Part shown: positions 39,584-54,794 of the stretch, piece by piece
Position numbering within the stretch: position 1 is the stretch's first letter
Layout: the number at the start of each line of letters is the position of its first letter
Notes under the pieces: model-generated
Told to the model about the DNA's origin: nothing
The model's input: the letters and a program-made list of their open reading frames with translations, nothing else
Databases searched by the model: none
Translations under genes and position numbers: made by a program
DNA from: Geosiphon pyriformis uo1
Taxonomy: Eukaryota > Fungi > Glomeromycota
NCBI GenBank assembly: GCA_016748015.1
Contig: JAAOMT010000586.1
Span: 372,001-436,000, forward strand
Reading direction: 5' to 3'
Length of the DNA stretch: 64,000 nucleotides

Positions 39584-40534
39584 CTATTAATTAGCATGAA
39601 ATTACTCTTATAATTCCTATAATTAATTAGTATATTAATATCATTTCAAATTATCATTTATTATTTAATTAATTATCACATATCACAATTCAATTAAAAT
39701 AATCTAATTAGTATAACAGAAAGTAGGATGATCAAATTACACAATACCCTGAACTTTGTAACATTCAAAAATTTGCCGAAATTTACAGAAATTCGCTGAA
39801 ATTATGAATAGTTCACCCAAATTAATCAATAGTTCAGCGAAATAACTTGTAGTTCATCAAAATGTATCTTTAATTTGCCAAAATTTGAGCAAAGAGAAAA
39901 AGTGCAAGTTTATAGACTAGTACTACAACAAGTTGTATAAAAGAAGAGCTTTTCTCTTCTGGAAAATGTATCTTACTTTAGATTTATCTCTTAAAACCGT
40001 TCTTATATACACAAAAAAAAATAAATATCAAATAATTTGAAAAAACCAAATTTTTTAATTATTGTACTTGTAAATCCCCAAAACCCAACTAACATTTCGA
40101 AATTGATTAGCTACCAATTTCAGTAAACTGTTAATGACTTCAGGCCTGGATAGAAAACGTTTTTCTTGACAAAATTCTATTTCTTTTATATTTCTTTTAT
40201 TTTTCTTTTATTTTTTTATTACAATCATTAGAGTAGTCTACAGACGAGATTTCTGTAGAAGAGTTGATTTTCACAGCAAAGTAACTACATATTTTTAGTA
40301 AGCTTCCAGATAAGCAATTCCTGGGAAAGAGTTGACGTTTACTACAACATAACTACATAAAGTAACTGGCAAGGAAAAGGCCATTCTACTTATAAGCCCA
40401 GCAATTCAAATTATAGGAGATAATCTGAAGATAAATTCAGTTATTGGAGGTTCAACTACTTCCTGAAAACGTAAATTCACAGCAAATCAACATTACCAAC
40501 ATTTAAGAAAAGAGACCAAAAACCCCCAGTAACA
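39564..40534 (+). repeat. 3' LTR, family B
   Basis: Direct repeat of 30680-31627 with one extra ~20-bp repeat unit. Confidence 0.97.
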
Positions 40535-42283
40535 TTATGCACTGACTGAAAAACAGCCTTAACATAAACCAATTTGATCTTAAAAGTAGCACCAGACACC
40601 AGAATGGAGGCCACTCATCCAGCATACTTTTGACAACTAATAATAGTTTCCCAGACACTACCAAAAATAGCACCAGAAACTGGAAAAGGAGATGATTCAG
40701 TTTCCATTTGATCAACCCAGTTCTTAAAAACAGGTGACCCAACAGAAGGAGATTGTTTTGCTTCTAGAACCAGCAAAGATCTGCTGAAAGACACCACATT
40801 TGGCAATACAGCCAGTGGTTGATCTTGGCTCATCTTGGATGACATGCCAGATGATGCTATGGAAATCTCATCTAAGATCTCATTGGGAACCACAAAGAGT
40901 TTTGGTGTAACAATAGCAGAGACAAGTAACTGCCCCCACTTTTCTGAACTTTTGGTCTTTTTGATCATTTTTTTTGAAAAGATAGTGTTAACAACACCAG
41001 ATGTAAAAGCCATAGAAGAGAAGACCAGCTTGTTGACTGGTCTATTATTAAACACTTTTGGGCTCTTAGTAGAGATGGAGACAACACTGAGACTAACCTA
41101 AGTGTGTTTCTTTGAGGAAACTTTGACTGATGAAAAACCAACCAAAAATGAGGAAGTTGCTTTAATGGCTACTAAAAGCAGCTTATCACGATTACTGGGT
41201 AATGGAAAAACTTCTAAAATGTTCTGTCTAGTTGCTTCTACAACAGAAAAAGCTCCTCTGGTTGAAATTTTATTGGATATCTCAGAACAAATATTAGGTG
41301 CAGCTTTTTTATTCTTTGCTCTGGTTATGGTCATAAAATTAAGGAAACAAAGAGTTTTTTTTTTTCAGTTATTTTAAAGTAAAGAAAATATAACTTTTTT
41401 ATTTTTTATTTAATTATAGTCATAAAATCAAAAACGTTATTATTATTATTATTATTATTTTATTTTATTATTATTAGTTATTTTATATTATTTATATTAT
41501 TGTATATTATTTTATTTATTTGTATTATTATGTATTATGTTATTTTATCATATATTAATATATATTAATTATATTTTTTGGTAATTAGTTGGTTTTTTTA
41601 TTTAAATAATATTTTTTTTTAAAATTAAATTTTTATAAAATTATACAATTTTTTTTAAAATTGTCAAATTTATATAATATTTAATAATTGTTTTTTGTGG
41701 TTTTTTAAATTAAAAATTAGTTATTTTTTTAATATTGTTATCCATAATAATAATATTTATTATATAATTTATAAATATTAATAAGTATTATTAAAAAGTT
41801 AATTATTGTTTATAAATTAATTTGTAATATAAAATAAAGTTATTTTTTTCTAAAAATTTTTTAATTTATTATGATACTTTATAATTAAATAAATAAATAA
41901 TTTGTTTTGTTTAAATATAATAATTAAATATTTAATAGTTTACCAATTTTATAAAAACAAAAATTTGGTAAAAAACTTTTCTTTTATTAATTTTTTTGCT
42001 TTTGGCTTATAAAATTAAAAATAATTAACTTTAATTGAATTTTTTTTTTTTGCTTATAGCTTAATATCAAATTATTTTTATTAATTATAATTTTAAGAAT
42101 TGTATTTAATTTTTATATTGTTTTGTATAGTTGTTGCAAAAATCAAAATTTTTTTAAAATGTTTATATTAATAATATTATAATTTATTTAGTATTTATAT
42201 ATTTGTTTAATTTTTTTTTAATAGAAACTGTATTCAATAATAATAATTGGCTTCAAATCTTGTGGTTTTAACTAAGATATTTA

Positions 42284-42284
<1 letters not shown>

Positions 42285-42328
<44 letters not shown>
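42285..42328. repeat. (ATT)n microsatellite
   Basis: Perfect trinucleotide run. Confidence 0.9.
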
Positions 42329-42329
<1 letters not shown>

Positions 42330-42636
42330 ATTAATTTGTTTAATAAAACTTTATTTGGTTTTTATGTGCTGTTTGAATAAGTATAAAAAAATTTGTAAAA
42401 AAAATAGCTTAACTATTAATTTGTTATTAAAGATTTTTGAAGTTTAAAAAAAATTTAAACTTTTATTTAAAGCCAAAAAAAGTTATTATTATTTTTTTAA
42501 ATGGCCAAAAAAACGAATTTTAATGATATCGGCATATTGTTTAATTAAAAAGATAATATTATTAAATATTATTAATCAGATAATCTTGCCAATTTTTGGT
42601 ATCTTATCGTGTAACATAATGATTGAAATTGAGTTT

Positions 42637-42722
42637 GTAAACACCCCAGTTGAATATCAAATCAACTAACAATCAAAATGACGCGTCTTATCAAACAACT
42701 TTATTACGTTAAAATACCGCGC
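42637..42722 (+). promoter_or_regulatory. Putative cell-cycle promoter: forkhead GTAAACA (42637), MCB ACGCGT (42681), CGCG core (42718)
   Basis: Motifs lie 80-160 bp upstream of the kinase ATG, in a region where CpG is otherwise rare. Confidence 0.55.
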
Positions 42723-42798
42723 ATTTTCACTAAATTCTTTGAAGCTGACACTTTAAACTAACCTACGACGACAAAAGAATATCAATTCCGATTACAAC

Positions 42799-44993
<2,195 letters not shown>

Positions 44994-45760
44994 GGATAAT
45001 AATTGAGGCCGAACTGTGATATTGAAAAACATTTGGCAATGAATGGGCAAGGCTTGGCTTTTATAAATATAAAGGACGATTTAGTGTAAAATAGAAAGGG
45101 ATACTCATGATCTAACTTAGATCCAATCAAAGTGACACACGAAATACTCTGTCATATGAATAGATGTGCGAAAATCTTTAATCAACTTTACGTAAAAAAT
45201 TCATCAGCATGAGTTTCCAACCCACGTCTCAATTTAACATAAGAATTCGTTTCGAGGGTTCTCTTTTCATTCATCATCTATAATTGTGAACCTGAACAGA
45301 TGACTAAGGCTCAAGAATTGGATCCAAGCCTCGACAGTCGAACAGCTAAATTTTTGATAATAGCCACATTGTGATTTTTTTTGATCTCATCGTTTTAATA
45401 TCGATTACCAACCCCGGATCAAAAACGTAATGAGCGGTAGTATTCGAAATCCGGATGTGGAGCCTCGATTTTGAAATATTGAATTATGAACGTGGATAAG
45501 CTGTCTGAAATCAGCAGGTATCTAAATAAAAGTGAAGTTTACTAGCCTGTCCGTGTTTAGGTTGCTGTTTTCAAACTTTGTCCAAACCTAATGTTACTAA
45601 GCGATAGAAGTTATTTTGATTTCACATCTTAAATAACTAAATTTTTAATTTTTAATCGTAAAAAAAACAAAAAAATTTAATTTTGAATTTTTTAAATATA
45701 ATAAAAAAATTGTTATAAAAATAAGACAATTTGTAATAATTATAATTTATAATAAATATC

Positions 45761-45784
45761 ATATATATATATATATATATATAT
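45761..45784. repeat. (AT)n microsatellite
   Basis: Dinucleotide run. Confidence 0.85.
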
Positions 45785-46165
45785 TATTAAAATTAGTTTT
45801 TGTAATAAAATTAAAAATTTTATTTAAATGTTTTAATTAAGTGTAATCTAACTATAACTAAGAATATATAACAGAAAATATTAAATATTAGGTATATTTC
45901 ATGTATTTTTGTAACCAACTATATAAACTTATATTAAAACTTTTTTAAATTATGTTTTCATTTTATTTAAATTTATTTAATAATTTTTATTAATAATATA
46001 TTTGTTTAACCAACTTTTAATGAGTTTTTTATTACTTTTTACAATAATACTTTGTTTTTTTTTATGAAATTATTAATTAATTAATAACTATTTTATTTAA
46101 TAGATTACTTACTTTATTATTACTTATAAAATATATTCTTTAGATTTTATTATAGTTTTTAAACA

Positions 46166-46168
<3 letters not shown>

Positions 46169-46206
<38 letters not shown>
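46169..46206. repeat. (AAT)n microsatellite
   Basis: Perfect trinucleotide run. Confidence 0.9.
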
Positions 46207-46210
<4 letters not shown>

Positions 46211-48336
46211 TTTTTTTTAATTTAAACTTTTAAAAAATAAAATCAACTTAATATTAATAGCAAATTTGTTTTTAAATTACCAAAAAACTAGTAAACTTAA
46301 TAATATTTATATTAATTATAATAAAACAAAATATAATAGTTTAAATAATAATTAAAATATATAATATAAATAACAGTTATTAAGATACTGCCATAGTTTC
46401 TCTATTTGTTATCTAATATAACTAATATATTTCAGAATATGTTTTTTAATAAATCCAAAGTCTTAACTGGCAAAATTGGTGGCTTAGAAATTAATATAAT
46501 AGTTTTAAAAGAATTAATAAAGTTAATTATAAATAAATTAAAGTTTTTTAGTTTAAACAATATTATAATATTTTTTTTTATCTCTAATAAATAACTTAAC
46601 TTAAAAAATAGTTATATATAATATTAAAAAAATAAATGTCTTTGTTAAACAAAATAATATTATTAAGTAATATAGAAAATTAAAAAATAATATTTTAATT
46701 ATTATTGAAATTAAGTTTTGTTTTAATATTAACTATGAATTATAAGTAAATTTACAAATATAAAAATATTTATTTTTGGTTTGAATTTAAGATATTTAAG
46801 TGCTAATATTGTATTAATTGTAAATAAATATTTAGTCAAACATATTTCAAAAATTTCAGAAATTTTTAGTAGTCTTTTAATAATTTATTTATTATTTAAA
46901 AACAAATAGTTGGTTTTTGTGTTGAATTTATATATAAATATTTTTTTGGAAAAATGTTTGGATCAAACATTTATAATCAATTTTTTTATGGCTAAAGCAT
47001 TTAATAATAATATTTTTGTTATTAATAAGAATAGTATTAAATATAATGTTAATTTTAAAAAATATTTGAATTTTAACTTGATTAATTTTTTGGTTAATAG
47101 CTTATTTGTTAAGATTTCTATATAAAAAAACTTTAAAAGTATTATAAAAATTATTGATTTTATTTTTATTTTGCCAAATCTTGTGAATATATTAATTAAT
47201 AAAAATATTATAAAAATATATAAATTTTTTGATATTAATTACAATATTATTTATATTATTATTGGTTTTGACAGTTTTTTGAATATTGTTTTAAGAATTA
47301 TTTGTATTTAAACCAACAAAAATTACTGAAAATTTAATATCAAAAAAACTAAAAAGGTAAGATAAAACTTGTTTAAAGCATTAATACTTAATATTGTTAT
47401 TATATATATTAATAATTTTATTATTATAAAAAAATTTTTGATTATAAACAAGATATAAAATATTATTTAAAAAATAATCTATTTATTGGCAAATAAAATA
47501 TTTTTTAAGATTTAATTTAAAAATTATGACTAAATATTTATCCTGTTTTTACAAATTAGAAACTCTGGTTTCTAAATTAGTTAAAACCTATTATTTGAGT
47601 TCAAATAATGTATTTAATTTATTTTTAAAACTTTAATTTTCTTTTAATACTAATAATATATTTAAAATAATGATTTTTATCAATTTAAGTATTTATTTTA
47701 ATGTTATTTGATTTGCTTTATTAAAAATAAGAAAGTCTTACAAAGTATTAAAAATAGCAGAATTTTGGTATATTAAAAAAACACAAATTAAATTTATTAT
47801 TAATAGAAAGATAAAGAGTTTTGAAATAAACAAAAATTATATAAATTAAAATATTTTAAAGCATTTTTTTACAAAATAATTTTAAATTATTTAATAATTA
47901 ATAAGAATTTGATATTAGAGCCTAAGTTGATTAAGTCTAAAATAAATATAATTATAAAGAAGTATATAAAAAAGTACAAGATATTAAAAACTGTTTTTAA
48001 GATATAATATTAATAATATCTTTTATTAACTTATATTGCTAATAATACTTTTTTTGGTATTATGTATTCTATTAGTTTTAATAAATTGTAAAATATAATA
48101 GTAAATTTATCTAACAAAAAAGCAGTTAATTTATTTGGTATTTTAAATAAGTTGTGAAAATATTGTGACAAAGTAGTATTAAATATGCTTTTAAATCTTA
48201 TAAATTTTTTTTTTCTTAATTTAATGAGTGAGATCCAAATACTGCCTAGTATAATACATCATACAAGTGATCTAAACTAGGTGTGAATTATGTATTTTCT
48301 ACACATGACCAGCCACTCAGGCTAGTCAGGACAACA

Positions 48337-51300
48337 CTAGGCACTTATATGTACTGAAACCATGTCACCTAAACCAAAAAAGAATAAACAAGATTTACAA
48401 AACCCAAAACAAATACCAAATATGTCTGTAATATCTAACAATCTAACTATACCAGCCAAAAGCACCAAAAAAAAACCAGAGATAAAAACAGGAACAAAAC
48501 CATTACATGGGATCATGCCACTTTTCTTCATAACCACCCAGTGTTTAGCACGTACTAGCCAAACATCATCACAAAATGCAAAACAAAATTTATGCACAAA
48601 GACCACAATATTCCGAGCTACTATCTTAGAGTCTCTAAAAACAGCAACAGATTCATGATACCACTTCTTGAAAACAAAGCCCTTATACAGAGCTGTACCA
48701 ACACTAACATCAGAGAAGCAAGTAAAAAGCAACTATAAAATACATAAAAAAGAGTGAGATAAGCCCGAGTGTGTCTCCCAAGTAGATGTATGAACCTCCA
48801 CCAACCAAGCACAACCAGCAGCATCAAATGGGCAAAAAAACACATAGTCCGAAACCTCAACATTACCACAGAATAGACATATTACACTGGAGTAACTCCT
48901 ATTATAAAGATGTTTATGCACAGCAACTGAAAGATGATGATGCAATACTTTCATAAAATATGTCCGAAAGCCAGTAGTCTGAGCACTAGTGAAACCAGCA
49001 GCCAAATGAAAGTCTGAATGCCACACCAAAGAAGATTTAGACCAATTAACATCAGCACACAGACTATCCACCAAGACTCGGGAACCAGAACCAATCTCTC
49101 AGTGTGCACAGTAAACAGATTGGAAAATGTTATGAACAAAATGCCTAGAATTGTCAGACACTGTAATACCACCAGCTTTGAGAAAATGTTCATTAATTAT
49201 GTAAGGAAGATGCATATTAGAGAATACAGCAGTTCTAGTGAAAGCATCAGCACACTCATTTTTCAAGACACCAGAATGACTTTTAATTTTAATCCAATTA
49301 ACATTCAAATTTTTGCATCAAATGACATCAGCAATGTGGTAATGCTTGATCCAACACCAATTCCTGAAATCTAGATGAGTCAAAAATTCTGACTTGCACA
49401 CATCCAAAACAGCCTGGCTGTCCGAAAACAAGTCAATTAAATGAGAAAGAGAAACACACTCGAGAGCCAAAGCAATGGCCTGCAACTCCACCATAGTAAA
49501 AGAAACTAATCCAGAAACCTCCACACCCAAACCCAAATCAATGTCTTCAAAAAAAGCAGCAGCACCAGCTCTTATACCAAGAGTACCCAGCCCACTCAGA
49601 AAACCATCCATAAACAAAAAAAGACAACCAGAATCAACTCTCAACAGATGATCACACACAACTTCAAACTCATAAAACTCAAGAATGTTGAATGAACCAA
49701 TGCATGACAACAGAGGATCACAAACAAAAGGCAGCCCAGAATTATTCAGATAGCAAACAGAAATGTCAAACCAATGAAGAACTGGACCCTGAGGGTCCAA
49801 TCTTTTCTACTGCTTGAAAGTCTTCTATTTAAAAACAGAACTAGTATGACTGCAAAGCTGCTTAACAAAGGCAATTCCATAACGCTAAAGTAAAAAGACA
49901 CATTTATAAAAGGTGAACTCACCAAAAACAACAGACATAGGGATTCTACTTGGAAAACAAAAAACATTAATCATGAGATCACTCAGAGAAAAGTTGCACC
50001 CCAAAAAAATCCAGACAATACTAGCCAAAAAGTTATTCGAAAAATTGATATTAATACAAAAAAAGAAAAGCAGAGGGTGACAAGGGCACCAGCTGAGAAC
50101 CTGCAAATTATGTAATCTATGTGCAAACAAACAGCCCAAGATACTAACAGAATTGGTAAAACCAACAACAGAAGCTAACTTGCTTTCAGCTTGAATCTAT
50201 TCAAAAGACTTTAAACTATACAAAGAAGGGTGGTGAATAGCATCATTAGAAAAGTCACATGGCAAGCCAGATTTGGATTTCAAACTCTTGTGAATCATAG
50301 TGTCCCATTTTGCACACACATTAATAGAAACAAAACTGAATTGAGTCCTATATACAATAATGGGGTAAAGAACCACACCAAATATGAGAACTGTTTGTCA
50401 GAAACAGCCTTCCTCAGCATGAGATTGGTAAAAAACCGAACATCCAGATAGGCCTTAGCCAAGCTAGGCTTTGACAAACCCTTAGTAGACAGAAAAATGC
50501 CTAAGTACTGATGAGATTCCCCTTTCTTGGCTATCAAAATAGACAAACTGCTGATCAATAAACAGGATTCAGAGACTCTGCAATTAATAAAAATGGCTAC
50601 CATTTTGTCATTATTGATCGAAATGTCATTGATCTGAAAAAATTCACTAGCAACATTGAGAATATGTTGCATAGTAGCTTGGCTGCTACCAACCCAAATA
50701 GTGTCATCGACAAAAGCACCCGCAGTAAGAAAAGAAATCAAACCAGTCCAAGATTCAGAGCAACCAGTTCTGGTCATAAAGCGAAAGTCTAATCTGTATC
50801 CACACACACTTTCTTGTTTCTTGACTTTACACAAAAGAGGATCATAAAATATGCACCAAAGAAGAGGAAAAAACACCTCTCCTTGGTCCAAACCATCATG
50901 CACTTAATATCCATTGGTCAACCCAAAATCTGTTATAACCCTGTTGACCTGACCATTATGAATGCCACCAAAAAACCGAATGAACTTGTCACACATCTTT
51001 ATCCTGACTAAACTCTTCTTAAGATGCTCCCAGCCAACAGAATCATAAGCTTTCTGCATGTCTTGCAACACCAGCCACAGCTCACGGTTTTTTTTCAAAG
51101 CATTTTTAATGACTGACCCAATAGCAAAAATAGGAGATTGTGTGGTTGTATCTTTTAGAACAGAAAAATTATTTCCTCTGAGAACATCAAACTTACTGTA
51201 CACAAAAGAAATCTTGTCCAAAAAAATCTTGGAAAGGATTTTGCAAGCCATCTCAATCAAAGCAATAAGACAGGTGTTCATGAGAACACCCTTCCACTCA

Positions 51301-53005
51301 TACGGTTTGGGGATTATTGACATCCAAGCCTCCTTTCAAGACCCAGAAACAAATTCACAATCCAAGCAAGAGTTTAAAAGCACCAAAAGCATATCCAAAA
51401 CTGACTTGTTACAATGTTTCTATAACTTATTTAAGATACCAAAAAGACCAACCACTTTCCCATTAGGCAGATTTGAGATGACACTAGACATCTCATCAAA
51501 GTTGATTGGGCACATTACATCAGAAAAAGCGTTATTAAAAATGTACTCCAAAGGCTGATATTGGCAATGCCATACACTAGGGACAACAGAAACCACATTG
51601 CGCTTCCTAGTCCATCCTTCTATGACTACATCTACCTTGGTTCTAATCAGATTAGGTTCCAAAACCAATTCATTATCCATAACCAGATGATCCAAAGTCA
51701 CTTTGCAAAAGAAACATTCCAACACACTTCTAATAGTATGATCTTTGTTCAATTCGAAACTTTACATCCTCTTATTTATTGCTAACTTAATTCTAGATTC
51801 CCTAATACATTCCACTTCTGACATTTTAAAAGAGCAATAAGACTTCCTAACTTTGGACAAAACTGATTGTATGGCATCAAAGAAAGAACCTAACAGAAAG
51901 AGAAACTTCACCATGGAAGCATTAACTGAATCTAAACTCTTCCACTTGTCAAGCAAAGATGTAAATTTCCCAAAAAAATCCAAATGAGATGCTTTAACTA
52001 ACTTTGACACTAAGAGCTCTAGCTTGTGAAATTTGGATGACTTCTTAATAAAAACATGATCATAGTTTTTGAACTATTTCTTCTTAAAAACTGCTTTAGC
52101 AGACAGACATAACACTTTACGGAAAGCAACCCACATTGCATTCAGGTTTGAGTGCATTCCAGCCACAAGAAAGTCGTTATGTAGCATAGCAACATTTGCC
52201 ACCATATCATCCTTAAATTTGGCCCATTTAACACCATCTGTACTTCCAATGATCCTTATTTGCCTGTTTGTGAACAGAATTTAATTGGACATTAAGCAAA
52301 CCACCCAAACCCACCAACACTGAGACAGCCTGATAATCAGTATCAAAGTATTCCTCAACACCAAACATGCCATAACCCACTACTGCATTGACTAAGTTCA
52401 AAGAAATGAGCACATAATCAATTGTCCTGACAACACCTCAAGAATTGGACCAAGTTGGTGATTTCTCACAAGAGCTCCCACCCAAGGCATTAACCAAACC
52501 AAAATCCAGGCATTTTTTGAAACTTGCATATTTATGAGAACTGTTTTCATTAAAATCACCTCTGAGAATGATGAAAGAAGACTTATTGACAGCTTTTGCT
52601 ATAAGAGAATTGATATTGCCAGCCTGAGAAAACCTGGGCCACTGAAGAGGCACCAGCATAAAGCCCCAAAATTGACACAGAAAAATTATTTTTGAAAAGC
52701 AACTTGATAGACAGGAGCTGATCAGGCACTTCCAAAATTTTGCATACATGTCTTGCCAAAGAAAAGTTCATGACAACCACAACACCAGCACCCAGATAAC
52801 TAGATTCTAAACCAGAGGTAAACATCTGCATACCATCAAATTTATTGACAATTCAGAAGCAAACTTTCTTTTTCAACTTTGACTCTGTAAAAATAGAAAC
52901 TAGATTGTTTTTTTCCTTATGCCAACAAATAATATCATCCTGTTTTGCAGGATTGTTCATTCCTCTAATATTACAAGTTATGACTTTCCAGATCATATCA
53001 CTTAT
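48337..53005 (-). pseudogene. LINE ORF2 (EN-RT-RH-CCHC), fragmented
   Basis: ORF fragments 52583..52831, 50904..51323, 50295..50903, 49318..49800, 48733..49074 and 48337..48732 are colinear with 9699-14388. Confidence 0.9.
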
Positions 53006-54794
53006 TGAGAGAAAAGAGAGGTAGAAACCAAACCAGTATTGTCTATTTTAGCCAAAAGACTCATAACTGTAATCAAAAGATTGTTCAATGTTTCCTCCAA
53101 TCTTGAGATAACTGTAAGATTGAAAACCACTGCTCCTACAACAGTCTCACCACCAGTGGCCACACCCAAACCCTCACTCATTACTATATCCACCCTTTGA
53201 TTTTGTGATAAAAGAATTACCAACAGCTAACATCCAAAGCTAAGCTGGGAAACCGTTGACTCAAGTGTGTTCAACCTCATAGCCAGCATGTTAACATGCT
53301 CTGTGAGACTGGTGAAACTGCACTCAAGAACAGCAAACCTATCATTCAATTCTGAAGATACCAGCAGGGTAGGCTTCATCTTTGAAGAGGAATCAGCTCT
53401 TAACAAAACATTTCGAACAGAAGGAGGAGGGAAAGAAGACTTACCAGCAATTTGTGCTCATAAAACATCACTGAAAAAAACAGAACAAGCAACTGGAGCC
53501 AAATGTTTAGCATAAATGGCAGCCAGTCTGTTTTATTTGAGTCCGAGAAGATTTTTTGCAATAAAGCACCAGAAAAAACACTCTTTTTCTCACCAATAGG
53601 GCAAGCCAATAATATATGGCCCAATTTCTCACACCCAGTACACTTGGCCAAAACAAAATGAGACCAGTGCAGATTGGCCCCTTTTAGCACTAGCATGGTT
53701 TCTATGACAGCATCCAATGACTCAACAGAATCAAAACAAACAGTAGCACACCTGGCCTGGGCATAAGAAACTAGATAATGGTCAATTACACAAGTTTTCT
53801 CACCTATTGAAGCAACATAATCCCAAATATCATGTGCATTGGTTCCCATTGGCAGAGTGTACAAAAGAGCTTTGTAAACATCACACGCATCCCATGATGC
53901 TTTGTTCACATCAGATCTAGCAATGTGCACAGCATCCTTCCCAATCAGAATAGACCAGTGTACTGCGACCAAATCAGCATGCTTAACCTGTTCAAATTCA
54001 ACCACAGCTTTCTGCCACAGCCCCACCAATTGCATTTTGATCGACTTAATAATGCCAAACTCGGATAGCGCAGCGTGCACAGCCTCAGTTGAAGTACAAA
54101 TTGAAATCTTTTTCAACACCACAGCCCAATCTGAACACCCAGATGATTTCTTGAGATTGGAGTTTACTATAATCTTTGCTTCTTCAGCCTTTTTGAAAGC
54201 CTGCACCAAACTCAATTCAGAAGTGAACATCACTCTGATGATTCCAACAAATTTTGAGGGGGTAGAGACCCCCCCAAAACCATTGATTTTTGAAAACAAC
54301 TTCCTGACCACCTGAAGCTTTTCTTGAGAAGATTTTCCAACCACTTTGTTCAAACCAATATCTAAAGTGAAGAATTTACGAACAAAGATGTTGACCAGAT
54401 TTTTTAAAGATAGGAGGAGTTCTAATAGAGCATCTAAAAGAACACTATCTTCATTATTACTTAAAGAGAAATCAATTTTTCCCAAAGACTTGCCCAACAT
54501 TTTCTTGGTTTTAACTTTTGAACCAGTAGGTGTTTGATTAAGATCACCAGCAATAGCACTACCTTCACCAAAATCAAAACTGGTTTTTTCTACCAGACAC
54601 TTCTTTTCCATATCAATGCTATCAGACTCAGTAGTGTCACCAGTCTCTGAACCCCATGAGCAACTAGTCTGGACCTTAGAACCAACAATATTACCACTAG
54701 AACCATCTTCTAAAATACCACATCTCCTCTTTTTTCTTGAAAGAACAGGCCTGAAGCCATCACTAGAACCAGAAATCTTAGCAGTCTTTTTCAT
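53002..54794 (-). pseudogene. LINE ORF1
   Basis: ORF 53400..54794 (MKKTAKISGS...; CTGCEKLGHILLAC) plus a frameshifted C-terminus. Confidence 0.88.

Larger units (their letters stand above)
30680..40534 (+). mobile_element. Complete Ty3/Gypsy LTR retrotransposon family B with dUTPase
   Basis: Paired LTRs TG...CA, PBS, PPT and 4-bp TSD tcat/ttat. Domain order gag-PR-(Cys-rich)-dUTPase-RT-RH-IN-extra ORF. Confidence 0.97.
29216..41394 (-). mobile_element. ORF1-only non-autonomous LINE derivative (~2.3 kb once the nested Gypsy at 30680-40534 is removed)
   Basis: One frame 41334->29349 (~708 codons after removing the Gypsy and one TSD copy) with three TGG-derived stops. It has RRM-like repeats and CFRCQKVGHLAVDC, followed directly by a LINE-type 3'UTR and poly(A). 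No ORF2. Confidence 0.85.
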
